Below are positions 19,690 to 28,144 of a DNA stretch of 64,000 bases, one piece after another. Under the pieces are notes generated by a model. The model had not been told where the DNA came from. It worked only from the letters and a program-made list of their open reading frames with translations, and did not search any database. Origin of the DNA: an uncultured Spirochaetota bacterium (GTDB lineage: Bacteria > Spirochaetota > Spirochaetia > SZUA-6 > Fen-1364). The translations under genes were made by a program, and so were the position numbers. The stretch covers positions 2,848,001 to 2,912,000 of the forward strand of contig CAWGAA010000001.1 of assembly GCA_963820525.1 (NCBI GenBank), read 5' to 3'. How positions within the stretch are numbered: the first letter of the stretch is position 1; every line of letters starts with the position of its first letter.

Positions 19690-20274
19690 ATGTCTCGGGC
19701 TCTCTACCAGATCCAGGAAATCGGCCGGAACGTGAAAAGGATTGCCGGCGTGGAAGTTGAAAAGAAGGTAATGGAGGGAAGCGAAAAGCTCGGCGCCTCG
19801 GCGAAGCCGCCGAAGCCGGCGCAGTGGGCCAAAGGAGCCATGGAGAGGCTGGATGCCTCCGTGGACGGGGAGACGAGGAGCCGGATCATGCGGGAGTGCG
19901 GCCGCAACTGCGCCAAGAAGAACAAGCTCTCCATCCAGAGGGGCAAGGCTCGACGCAAGAAGTTCGCAAGCGAGGAGGAGTTCCTTGCGGCCGAGCAGGA
20001 GAACCCCCAGAAGGGCACCCGCCTGGAGAGAAAGGGCGAACCCCTGATCCAGGTCTACACGCCGCGAGAGTATACGCGGCCCATGAGGTGCTACTGCGGC
20101 CTGATGTCGGGCCTGCCGGAGAGCGAGACGGTGTCTCCAACCTACTGCCAATGCTCATGCGGCTTCGTTGAAGCGTACTGGGAAGGCGTTCTGGGGCGGT
20201 CCGTGGATGTAGCGCTCCTCCACTCCGCCGTTTCCGGCGCCAGGGAGTGTGCGTTCAGGATCCGCCTGTCCTAG
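19690..20274 (+). CDS. Cys-rich hypothetical protein (DUF6144/V4R-like)
   Basis: CGRNC, CYCG, YCQCSCGF and terminal ECAFRI; RBS AAGGAG. Confidence 0.65.
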   Translation: MSRALYQIQEIGRNVKRIAGVEVEKKVMEGSEKLGASAKPPKPAQWAKGAMERLDASVDGETRSRIMRECGRNCAKKNKLSIQRGKARRKKFASEEEFLAAEQENPQKGTRLERKGEPLIQVYTPREYTRPMRCYCGLMSGLPESETVSPTYCQCSCGFVEAYWEGVLGRSVDVALLHSAVSGARECAFRIRLS

Positions 20275-20334
20275 CCGGCGGGGCCGGGCGCCTCGCCCCA
20301 TCGCGATGCCCATTCCCGCGATCACGCGGAGGAC

Positions 20335-20727
20335 TCAATCCTTGAGCAGGCGGAAAACGAGCTCTTGAGGGACGTCCTCCCTGCCCGTGTAGCCGAGATC
20401 CGCCCAATCGGCAATCGCCTTCAGCTTGGTCTGCACAGGGGTGCTGGGAAGAAGCCGGGGCGAACCCGATGCCCTCCCCTCGATCTCGGCCTGATAGGCT
20501 TCTATCCACGATTGGAGGAGCACCTCCACAGCAAGCCCCTTCCGGCGTGCCACCTCTTCCAGGACGCGGCTGTGGAAATCGGGCAGGTCTATCTGAACGA
20601 GACGGCGGCTCTGCTTCCGCCATATCGGCGAGGGATCCACCACGCTGAGCTCAGAGCGCAGGGTGACGAACATCCGCTCGGCCGCTGGAAGAATCGTGTT
20701 GGGCAGGAGGAGGCGATAGGACTTCAT
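20335..20727 (-). CDS. Hypothetical protein with a possible ribbon-helix-helix segment
   Basis: RBS GAGG; starts 4 bp after the CDF stop; VQIDLP..LEEVARRKGLAVEVLLQSWIE pattern. Confidence 0.55.
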   Translation of the reverse strand: MKSYRLLLPNTILPAAERMFVTLRSELSVVDPSPIWRKQSRRLVQIDLPDFHSRVLEEVARRKGLAVEVLLQSWIEAYQAEIEGRASGSPRLLPSTPVQTKLKAIADWADLGYTGREDVPQELVFRLLKD

Positions 20728-20731
20728 GGCG

Positions 20732-21643
20732 CTACCTCGCCCGCCATGCTGCCGGGCGCGCTGCCTCCGTCGGACCCTGCTTGTGCGACGGCTCGATGTG
20801 GATGGTGGGTTCAGCCCCGAGATCCCTTCGGATCGCCTCTTCCAGGCGGGAGGCCAGGAGGTGAGCGTCGTTCAGCGGCATGTCGGGCGGAAGGTCCAGG
20901 TGGAAGGTGAGCTCCGTGTGCTCGCCGTAGGTATGCACGTGGAGGTGATGGAAGTTGGTGGCTAAGGGAGTCACGGCAAGGATGATCTGGTGCAGCCGCT
21001 GCTCGAGATCCGGTGAGGGCCTTTCCCCCAGAAGAGACGTGGCGGCGCTGCGCAGAATGTCGACAGCCGCGTAGAGGATGAGAAGCGATACCGCGATGCC
21101 CATGGCGCCGTCTATCCACCAGATCCATTTTCCGAACAGGGCGCCAACCACGATGAGGCCGGAGGCGACGGCGTCGCTCCTGTGGTGCCAGGCGTCGGCC
21201 TTGAGAGAGGAGGAGTTGATCTTGCGCCCCGCCCAATAGGAGAACTGCGCAAGGGCTTCCTTGATGAGGACTGAAGCCGTGAAGACAATGATGGCGGACA
21301 TGCCGAAGCTCGCGGCCTGGAAGTGGCGGAGCCGAATGATGGATTCACGGATGAAATCGGCGCCCACGACTGCTAGGAGCACGGCGATGATCACCGCGCC
21401 GATGGGTTCCGCGCGGCCGTGGCCGAAGGGATGGCCGGTATCCGCCGGGCGCGAGGCGATGAAGAATCCCACGATGACCACGATGGACGTGAGGGTGTCG
21501 GAGAGGGTGTGCCAGGCGTCGGCGATCATTGCCACGGAGCCGAAACGGCTTCCGGCCCAGTACTTGATGCCGAAGAGAGCGGTGTTGATGACGACGGACG
21601 CCCACCCTTCGATGTAGCCGAGGGAGCGTGAGCCCGCTTTCAC
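20732..21643 (-). CDS. Cation diffusion facilitator (FieF-like) transporter
   Basis: ADAWHTLSD, HPFGHGRAE and ADAWHHRSD motifs; C-terminal dimerisation domain; GTG start with AAGGAGG. Confidence 0.92.
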   Translation of the reverse strand: MKAGSRSLGYIEGWASVVINTALFGIKYWAGSRFGSVAMIADAWHTLSDTLTSIVVIVGFFIASRPADTGHPFGHGRAEPIGAVIIAVLLAVVGADFIRESIIRLRHFQAASFGMSAIIVFTASVLIKEALAQFSYWAGRKINSSSLKADAWHHRSDAVASGLIVVGALFGKWIWWIDGAMGIAVSLLILYAAVDILRSAATSLLGERPSPDLEQRLHQIILAVTPLATNFHHLHVHTYGEHTELTFHLDLPPDMPLNDAHLLASRLEEAIRRDLGAEPTIHIEPSHKQGPTEAARPAAWRAR

Positions 21644-21673
21644 AAAACCTCCTTGAAAAAAACGAATCCGACG

Positions 21674-21702
21674 ATGATAGGCCGCCCGGCATTGGCTGTC
21701 AA
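21674..21702 (-). promoter_or_regulatory. Sigma70-type promoter of the CDF gene
   Basis: TTGACA-17 bp-TATCAT on the minus strand. Confidence 0.7.
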
Positions 21703-21746
21703 GCGCGCCGGCATGGTATATAGTGGTGCTCTCGGGGGAGGAAAAC

Positions 21747-22385
21747 ATGGCGATGAAGTCTGATGGCAGGGCCCTTCTCGTCATAGACATGCAGAACGAT
21801 TTCTGCCCCGGGGGCAGCCTCGCCGTGGAGCAGGGTGACGAGGTGGTGCCCGTGATCAACGCTCTCATGGCGGGATTCTCCCGCGTGGTGGCGACCCAGG
21901 ACTGGCACCCCGCGGACCACGTTTCCTTCGCCTCCAGCCACGAGGGCAGGAAGGTTCTGGATACCATCGAGGCAGAAGGCATCCGCCAGGTGCTCTGGCC
22001 GGACCACTGCATTGCGGGCACGCGCGGAGCGGAGCTGCATCCCCGGTTGGACACGCGCGGGATCGGGCTCATGCTCAGGAAGGGCATGCGGCGCGGCCTC
22101 GATTCGTACTCCGCCTTTTTCGAAAACGACAAGAAAACGGAGACGGGGCTCGCGCACTACCTCAAGGGCTTCAAGATCAGGGAGGTGTTCGTCTGCGGTC
22201 TTGCCACGGACTACTGCGTGTTTTCAACCGCCATGGATGCGAGGAGGCTGGGTTTCACCGTCACCGTGATACCCGATGCCTGCCGCGGCGTGGACTTCCC
22301 CCGGGGCAATATCGAGCTGTCCCTGGCTGAGATGAGGAAGGCCGGAGTGCTTTTAAAGGAATCCACGAAGCTCGACGGGCGGTAA
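21747..22385 (+). CDS. pncA: Nicotinamidase/pyrazinamidase
   Basis: IDMQNDFCPGGSLAV, TQDWHP, WPDHC, DSYSAF, GLATDYCV. Confidence 0.95.
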   Translation: MAMKSDGRALLVIDMQNDFCPGGSLAVEQGDEVVPVINALMAGFSRVVATQDWHPADHVSFASSHEGRKVLDTIEAEGIRQVLWPDHCIAGTRGAELHPRLDTRGIGLMLRKGMRRGLDSYSAFFENDKKTETGLAHYLKGFKIREVFVCGLATDYCVFSTAMDARRLGFTVTVIPDACRGVDFPRGNIELSLAEMRKAGVLLKESTKLDGR

Positions 22386-22415
22386 AAAAAGGCGGCCGGC
22401 AGGGCGCCGGCCGCC
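22384..22415 (-). terminator. Rho-independent terminator of the ECF operon
   Basis: 10-bp stem GGCGGCCGGC/GCCGGCCGCC with 5-nt loop, followed by a T7 run on the minus strand. Confidence 0.8.
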
Positions 22416-22422
22416 TGGGTTC

Positions 22423-22851
22423 TCATGCCTTTTGCTCTTTCGGGCCTTCCTCCTCGCTTTTTCTCTTCTCCACGTAGCGGTCGAACGCCTCTTTGCCCTC
22501 TTTTTCCCAGAAATCGCGATAGTAGCGCCACCTGTTCTTTTCATCCTGGGCATCCCAGGGTCCGTGCCGCCTCCAGGGTCCGTGCCCGCCCCCGGGACCA
22601 TGCCGGCCGGGGCCGATGGCCCCGAAGATCAGCTTGGCCAGGATGATGATGCCGAACGCCTGCCAGAAGCCGATCTCCACCAGATGGAATATCGAGGGCA
22701 TCAGCCAGTTCCACAACAGCATCACGAACCAGCCGAAGGCCAGGGCGAATACGGCCGCGCCAACGACGCCGAGAAGCACGAAGCCGATGATGCGCAGCGC
22801 TCTCTGCCCCGGGGCATGGCCGTGCCAAATGAATTTCGAATCGCTCATCAT
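22423..22851 (-). CDS. Small membrane protein coupled to the ECF sigma factor
   Basis: Two hydrophobic segments (VMLLWNWLMP..FWQAFGIIILAKLIFG), Gly/His linker, charged tail; ATGA overlap with the sigma gene. Confidence 0.75.
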   Translation of the reverse strand: MMSDSKFIWHGHAPGQRALRIIGFVLLGVVGAAVFALAFGWFVMLLWNWLMPSIFHLVEIGFWQAFGIIILAKLIFGAIGPGRHGPGGGHGPWRRHGPWDAQDEKNRWRYYRDFWEKEGKEAFDRYVEKRKSEEEGPKEQKA

Positions 22852-23408
22852 AATCCTCCTTGAGTTTCCATTTCTTCCAAGAGCGTGGAGCGCAGGGAAT
22901 GCATGGCTCTGTGCTTGCGCGCCAGAAGCGTTCCGATCGGCGTCCCCCACTGCTCCGAGAGCTCGCGGAACTTCCTCCCCTCCAGCTCCGTGGCAACCAC
23001 AACGGCCCGCTGGTCCGAGGGAAGTCCTTCGATGGCGGCGAAGATCATCTCGCGGATCTCGGCCTTCTCTTCCTCCGCCGAGGCTTCGAAGCGCAGGTCC
23101 TCGATCACGTCGAGGAGGCTCTCACCCTCGTCGTCGGCTCCTCTGGCATCCAGCGACACCGTGCGCCGCGAGGCGCGGTAGCCGTCCACGATGCGGTTTC
23201 GAAGCGCGCGGTACACGTACGCGGAAACGTCCGCGATCGGATCCGTCACGTCGGCCCTCTCGAAGATGCCCGCGATCACGTCCTGCACGATGTCTTCCGC
23301 GTCCCTGTCCGCCTCGTCGGAGATCCAGGCCCGCACGTACGCTACAAGCCTTCCCCATTCGCGGGAGAGGAACTCGGAGAACCGTTTTCTCTGCTTCTCC
23401 GCGCTCAC
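22848..23408 (-). CDS. ECF RNA polymerase sigma factor
   Basis: Region 2 DAEDIVQDV..YRALRNRIVD; region 4 HTH FRELSEQWGTPIGTLLARKHRA. Confidence 0.92.
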   Translation of the reverse strand: MSAEKQRKRFSEFLSREWGRLVAYVRAWISDEADRDAEDIVQDVIAGIFERADVTDPIADVSAYVYRALRNRIVDGYRASRRTVSLDARGADDEGESLLDVIEDLRFEASAEEEKAEIREMIFAAIEGLPSDQRAVVVATELEGRKFRELSEQWGTPIGTLLARKHRAMHSLRSTLLEEMETQGGL

Positions 23409-23492
23409 GCATTCAATGACGATAAAGCGCGCCCTTTATTGCAAGGGCTCCGGCTCTTGCCTCTGCGGCTCCGGCGGGGCACTATCGGGGGC

Positions 23493-24548
23493 ATGTACGC
23501 GGGATTGATCGACATGAGATCCGACACCGTCACCCGGCCGACCGCCGAGATGCGAAAGGCGATGTACGAGGCCGAGGTTGGAGACGACGTCTATGGGGAA
23601 GACCCGACCGTGAACGAGCTGGAACGATGCGCCGCCCAGCTCATGGGAAAGGAGGCGACCCTCTTTGTCGTCTCGGGCACCATGGGCAACCAGGTCGCCC
23701 TCTTTGCCCACTGCCTCAAGGGCGAGGAGGTGATCGTCTCGGAAGAGAGCCATATCGTTCAGCACGAGGCGGGGGCGGGGGCCCACATTGCGGGGGTTCA
23801 GCTCAGGACGGTGGACACGGGGATGGGGTGGCTCACGTGGGCCGATATCGAGCGGCGCATCCGCGACGACTCCGACATTCATGCTCCCCGCACCGGCCTC
23901 ATCGAGATCGAGAATCCCGTGGCGTGCGGCAGCGTGATTCCGATTGCAGTGCTGGATGAGATCTATCGCAATGCACAGGCTCGAAGGATTCCCGTGCACA
24001 TGGACGGCGCCCGCATCTTCAACGCCTCCTCCTTCCTGGGCGTCAAGGCAGGCGAGCTGGCCCGGAGGTGCGATTCGATCATGTTCTGCCTGTCCAAGGG
24101 GCTGTGCGCGCCGGTGGGCTCGATGCTGGCGGGAAGCGGAGAGTTCATTGAGCGCGCGCGCAGGCGACGGAAGATCATGGGGGGCGGCATGAGGCAGGCG
24201 GGGATCCTGGCGGCCGCGGGCCTCGTGGCTCTTCGAAAGATGAGCCTGCGCGTCGAAGAGGACCGCGTGAAGATGGAGCGCCTCTCGCGGGCCGTGGCGT
24301 CATCGGGCGAGTTCGAGGTATTTCCCGAGGAAGTCCAGGCCAACATGTTTCTGGCGCGGTTCAAGAAGGGGGTATGCGTCGGCAGGGAGACGAGCTTTGC
24401 CGAGGCTCTCAAGCGCCATGGGATCTTGATCGGAGTGCGCGAGGACGGCTGGATACGGTTCGTCGGGCACAACGACGTGAGCTTCGAGGATATCGAGACC
24501 GTATGCGCCACCCTCGAGCGGGCGCTCGAGGAAACGCGAAAAAACTAG
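23493..24548 (+). CDS. ltaE: Low-specificity L-threonine aldolase
   Basis: DMRSDTVT, GDDVYGEDPT, HMDGARIFNA, PLP lysine in CLSKGLCAPVGS, GGGMRQAG. Confidence 0.93.
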   Translation: MYAGLIDMRSDTVTRPTAEMRKAMYEAEVGDDVYGEDPTVNELERCAAQLMGKEATLFVVSGTMGNQVALFAHCLKGEEVIVSEESHIVQHEAGAGAHIAGVQLRTVDTGMGWLTWADIERRIRDDSDIHAPRTGLIEIENPVACGSVIPIAVLDEIYRNAQARRIPVHMDGARIFNASSFLGVKAGELARRCDSIMFCLSKGLCAPVGSMLAGSGEFIERARRRRKIMGGGMRQAGILAAAGLVALRKMSLRVEEDRVKMERLSRAVASSGEFEVFPEEVQANMFLARFKKGVCVGRETSFAEALKRHGILIGVREDGWIRFVGHNDVSFEDIETVCATLERALEETRKN

Positions 24549-24571
24549 GCGGCGGTGTTGACTATTTTCAT

Positions 24572-24593
24572 GGAATGTATATTTATACATTCC
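24572..24593. promoter_or_regulatory. Palindromic operator-like site upstream of gltA
   Basis: Perfect inverted repeat GGAATGTATA-TT-TATACATTCC between TTGACT (24558) and the RBS. Confidence 0.7.
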
Positions 24594-24607
24594 CAAAAGG
24601 AGATCCG

Positions 24608-25918
24608 ATGGCCAGCGAAAAGTCACCGTTCAAGGGCGAAACGGCAAAGCTTCTTGTCGATGGCAAGGAGTTCGAGCTTCCCGTGCTCCGCGGCACGGAA
24701 GGAGAGAAAGCCATCGATATTTCAACCCTCAGAAAGGTGACGGGCTACGTCACGCTCGACAAGGGCTACGAGAACACGGGCTCCTGCAAGAGCGCCATCA
24801 CCTTCATCGACGGCGAGAAGGGGATCCTGCGCTACCGCGGATATCCCATCGAAGAGCTTGCCGAGAAATCCACGTTCACCGAGGTCGCCTACCTTCTCCT
24901 CTACGGGGAGCTTCCCACGATCAAGCAGCTGGAAGAGTTCTCCACCTTCCTCAACGAGTCGTCGCTGATCCACGAGGACATGCTGCACTTCTTCGTCGGA
25001 TTTCCCCGCGGCTCGCATCCCATGGGGATCCTGGCCACGATGGTCGCCTCTCTTTCCACCTTTTATCCAATCCCTGAAGTGCTCACCGAGACGGCGGAGA
25101 AACAGATCCTTGCCAATCTCATCTCCCAGGTCAGGACAATCGCCGCGATCTCCTACAAGGAATCCATCGGAGAGCCGATCGTCTACCCTTCTTACAAGCT
25201 GCGCTATGTGCCCAACTTCCTCAGCATGATGTTCTCCTCCCCGGTGAAGGAGACGCGGCTGGACGACGACATCGTTCGCGCCATAGACCTGTTTCTCATC
25301 CTCCACGCGGACCACGAGCAGAACTGCAGCACCTCCACGGTGCGCATGACGGGCTCGAGCCTCGCCAACGTCTATGCCGTCATCTCCGCGGGAATCTCCG
25401 CCCTCTGGGGGCCGCGCCATGGCGGTGCCAACCAGGAAGTTATCAACATGCTGAAGAAGATCCGAGACGAGGGAGGAGACGGAACCGAGTTCGTCCGGCG
25501 GGCAAAGGACAAGAATACCCCGGACCGGCTCATGGGCTTCGGGCACCGGGTGTACAAAAACTTCGACCCCCGCGCAAAGATCCTCAAAGCCCACTGCCAC
25601 AAGCTGTTGAGGAAGCCGGGAATGACGGACCCCCTGTTCGACATCGCCCTGCGCCTGGAGGACATAGCGCTGAAGGACGAATACTTCATCTCGCGAAACC
25701 TCTACCCCAATGTGGACTTCTACTCAGGGTTGATCCTCAGAGCTGCGGGAATTCCCTACGACATGTTCACCGTGCTCTTCGCCATCGGCCGCACCCCGGG
25801 GTGGCTGGCCCACTGGCGGGAGATGTACCACGGCGAAGACTTCAGGATCATGCGCCCGCGGCAGATCTACGTCGGCAGCACCGCCCGGCATTACACGGAA
25901 AGGTCGGCTCGAAAGTAG
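24608..25918 (+). CDS. gltA: Citrate synthase (type II-like)
   Basis: ITFIDGEKGILRYRGYPIE, LHADHEQNCST, HGGANQ, LMGFGHRVYKNFDPRA, YPNVDFYSG. Confidence 0.97.
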   Translation: MASEKSPFKGETAKLLVDGKEFELPVLRGTEGEKAIDISTLRKVTGYVTLDKGYENTGSCKSAITFIDGEKGILRYRGYPIEELAEKSTFTEVAYLLLYGELPTIKQLEEFSTFLNESSLIHEDMLHFFVGFPRGSHPMGILATMVASLSTFYPIPEVLTETAEKQILANLISQVRTIAAISYKESIGEPIVYPSYKLRYVPNFLSMMFSSPVKETRLDDDIVRAIDLFLILHADHEQNCSTSTVRMTGSSLANVYAVISAGISALWGPRHGGANQEVINMLKKIRDEGGDGTEFVRRAKDKNTPDRLMGFGHRVYKNFDPRAKILKAHCHKLLRKPGMTDPLFDIALRLEDIALKDEYFISRNLYPNVDFYSGLILRAAGIPYDMFTVLFAIGRTPGWLAHWREMYHGEDFRIMRPRQIYVGSTARHYTERSARK

Positions 25919-26886
25919 TGTTTCTCACGAATCTTCTCGCGACTCTTGGATTGCGCCGCGGCGGGATTCCCGCCGGCCGCTCCTCTGCACATGGCATGCT
26001 GGTCATGGCGGCTTCAAGCGTCATTTTCTCAGCCATGTCGCTCCTGGTCCCGTTCGCCAGGCCGGTGAGCACGTACGTGGTGGCATCCTCCCGCTTCATC
26101 ATCGGAGGCACCGCGATCCTGGCCCTTGGGCTCTTCGGCGCCCTGAGCCTCAAGGCGGTGAACCTCTGGTGGCTCATCATCAGGGGTCTGTTCGGCGCGA
26201 CGTCGGTCTACCTCTATTACCGGGGAATCGTGACCCTCGGGCTGGGCATGGGCACCGTGCTGAACTACACCTACCCCGTGTTCGCCGCTATACTGGCGCC
26301 AATTATATTGAAGGAGAAGCTCGCGCCTGATGTGATCGCGGCGGTGGCCGTGTCTTTCGTCGGGATCTACCTCGTCGTGAACCCCGACGGCATCATGCGC
26401 CTGCTGAGCGGATCCAGCGCCGGCGGCCGGGCCGGGATCTCGGCGTTCTTCGACCTGAGCGTCAATGGGCTTCTTTCGCTTCTGGGGGGAGTGCTTGCCG
26501 CCGTGGCCGTGGTGGCCATCAAGAAGCTTCGCGAAACCGATTCCTCCTCGGTCATCTACCTGGCCCAGTGCATATTCGGCGTCGTGGTGATCGGCTGGCC
26601 CACGGCAACCAGCTCCTTCGCCTTCGCGCCGTCACTATGGATCATTCTCCTCGCCATCGGGGTTCTGGCAACCGTGGCGCAGCTTCTCATGACATACGCG
26701 TACAAGCACGTGCCGGCAACCGAGGGGAGCCTCCTGGCATTCCTGGTGCCCGTGCTGAACGTGGCCCTGGGAGTCCTGGTGTTCGCAGAGCGGATGGGCC
26801 TTCCGGCCGTGATCGGCTCCGTGCTGGTGCTTCTCTGCTGCGCCTGGGTTGCGCTTCGGGAGCGATTCGTGAAGGCGGTGCAGTAG
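25918..26886 (+). CDS. DMT/EamA family transporter
   Basis: About 10 TM segments in two repeats; LNYTYPVF..ILKEKL and AQLLMTYAYK motifs; start uncertain. Confidence 0.88.
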   Translation: MFLTNLLATLGLRRGGIPAGRSSAHGMLVMAASSVIFSAMSLLVPFARPVSTYVVASSRFIIGGTAILALGLFGALSLKAVNLWWLIIRGLFGATSVYLYYRGIVTLGLGMGTVLNYTYPVFAAILAPIILKEKLAPDVIAAVAVSFVGIYLVVNPDGIMRLLSGSSAGGRAGISAFFDLSVNGLLSLLGGVLAAVAVVAIKKLRETDSSSVIYLAQCIFGVVVIGWPTATSSFAFAPSLWIILLAIGVLATVAQLLMTYAYKHVPATEGSLLAFLVPVLNVALGVLVFAERMGLPAVIGSVLVLLCCAWVALRERFVKAVQ

Positions 26887-26899
26887 CCCTCCCTGGGGG

Positions 26900-27901
26900 C
26901 TACAACATCCCTCTGAAGATCAGCGCGGCGACGGAGACCCCCAGCCCGATGCGATACCACCCGAACGCGAGAGGGCTGTTCTTGTTGAGATAGGAGACCA
27001 TCCATCGCGCCGCAAGAAAAGCGGTGATTGCCGCCGCGGCAAGGCCGACGAGCGGGCCCACCCAGCCCAAGATCGAAACGATTTGCTGTCCCCGGACCGC
27101 GGCCTCAAAGATCGTGGCGGCTCCCAGGCTGACCATTCCCAGGAGGAAGCTGAACTCCACGGCCGCGGGAACGCTCAGGCCCAGAAGGATGCCCCCCGCG
27201 AGGGTCACCAGGCTCCTGCTCACCCCCGGCCAGAGCGCGGCGCACTGTGCAAGCCCGATGACCAGCGCCTTCTGCCACGTGAGGCCTTCAAGCGGAAGGC
27301 CGCCCTCACTGCCTTTCCTGCGCATCGCGAGAAGGATGAACGCCCCGCCCACCACCCACGCGATCGCGATGTGCCAAGGATCGAAGAGGTATTGCTTGAT
27401 CCTGTTCTCGAAGACAAGCCATATCGCGGCCGCGGGCACGGCCGCGACGGCCAGCGCCCCCGCCAACCGCAGCCCCTGGGGATCCCTGCCGGCGATGCCC
27501 CGCGCCATCGCCTTGATCCTGCCGAAGGACACGAAGAGCACCGCGAGGATGGCGCCGAGCTGGATAATGATCGCATAGGCGTCCGCCGCATCGCGGGAGG
27601 CCTGGGTACGCGTCAGGCCGAGGAGGCGCTGGACGAGGAGAAGGTGCCCCGTGGAGCTCACGGGCAGAAACTCGGTGATCCCTTCAACCGCCCCGAGGAT
27701 GAACGCCTGGGGCAGGCTCAGGGCGGGCCTTGCGGGAGCGGGGGGAGCCGGAGCAGTGCCGGCGTAGAAGGAGGGGAGCTCATCGGCGGCCCCCGGGGAA
27801 GATGCGCCGACCGATGGGGCGGCCGAGGCCTCGGCCGAGGCGGTCTGGACGGCCAGCGCAAGAAAGAGCGCGAATACGATGGGGCTCAGTCGTTTTGTCA
27901 C
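26900..27901 (-). CDS. uppP: Undecaprenyl-diphosphate phosphatase with N-terminal extension
   Basis: GAVEGITEFLPVSSTGHL, IQLGAILAV, PGVSRS, EFSFLL and FGWYRI motifs. Confidence 0.93.
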   Translation of the reverse strand: MTKRLSPIVFALFLALAVQTASAEASAAPSVGASSPGAADELPSFYAGTAPAPPAPARPALSLPQAFILGAVEGITEFLPVSSTGHLLLVQRLLGLTRTQASRDAADAYAIIIQLGAILAVLFVSFGRIKAMARGIAGRDPQGLRLAGALAVAAVPAAAIWLVFENRIKQYLFDPWHIAIAWVVGGAFILLAMRRKGSEGGLPLEGLTWQKALVIGLAQCAALWPGVSRSLVTLAGGILLGLSVPAAVEFSFLLGMVSLGAATIFEAAVRGQQIVSILGWVGPLVGLAAAAITAFLAARWMVSYLNKNSPLAFGWYRIGLGVSVAALIFRGML

Positions 27902-28144
27902 GATAGTCCGGAGGATACCATGCGGGGGGAAGGCGTGTCAGGCGGCGGATCGGTGCGGCCGAACCCGGCGCTTGCCTGTCAGTGCGGCCGGCGTCCTTCC
28001 CGGCGCTCCTCGCGGTATTGACCGCGTCGAGGCGCAGGCTGTAGATTCGACGGGACCATCGGTCTTCTCGAAGTCAGCGGCCATTGGCTCGGGCTTTTTG
28101 GGCCTGTGCCCTGACTCACCGCGGGTCAAAGGGGAGGTCGGCAG

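Noticed and set aside
28127..28144. AAAGGGGAG resembling the start of a yybP-ykoY Mn riboswitch
   Set aside because: It lies immediately before the ATG and is simply the RBS; there is no room for the rest of the aptamer
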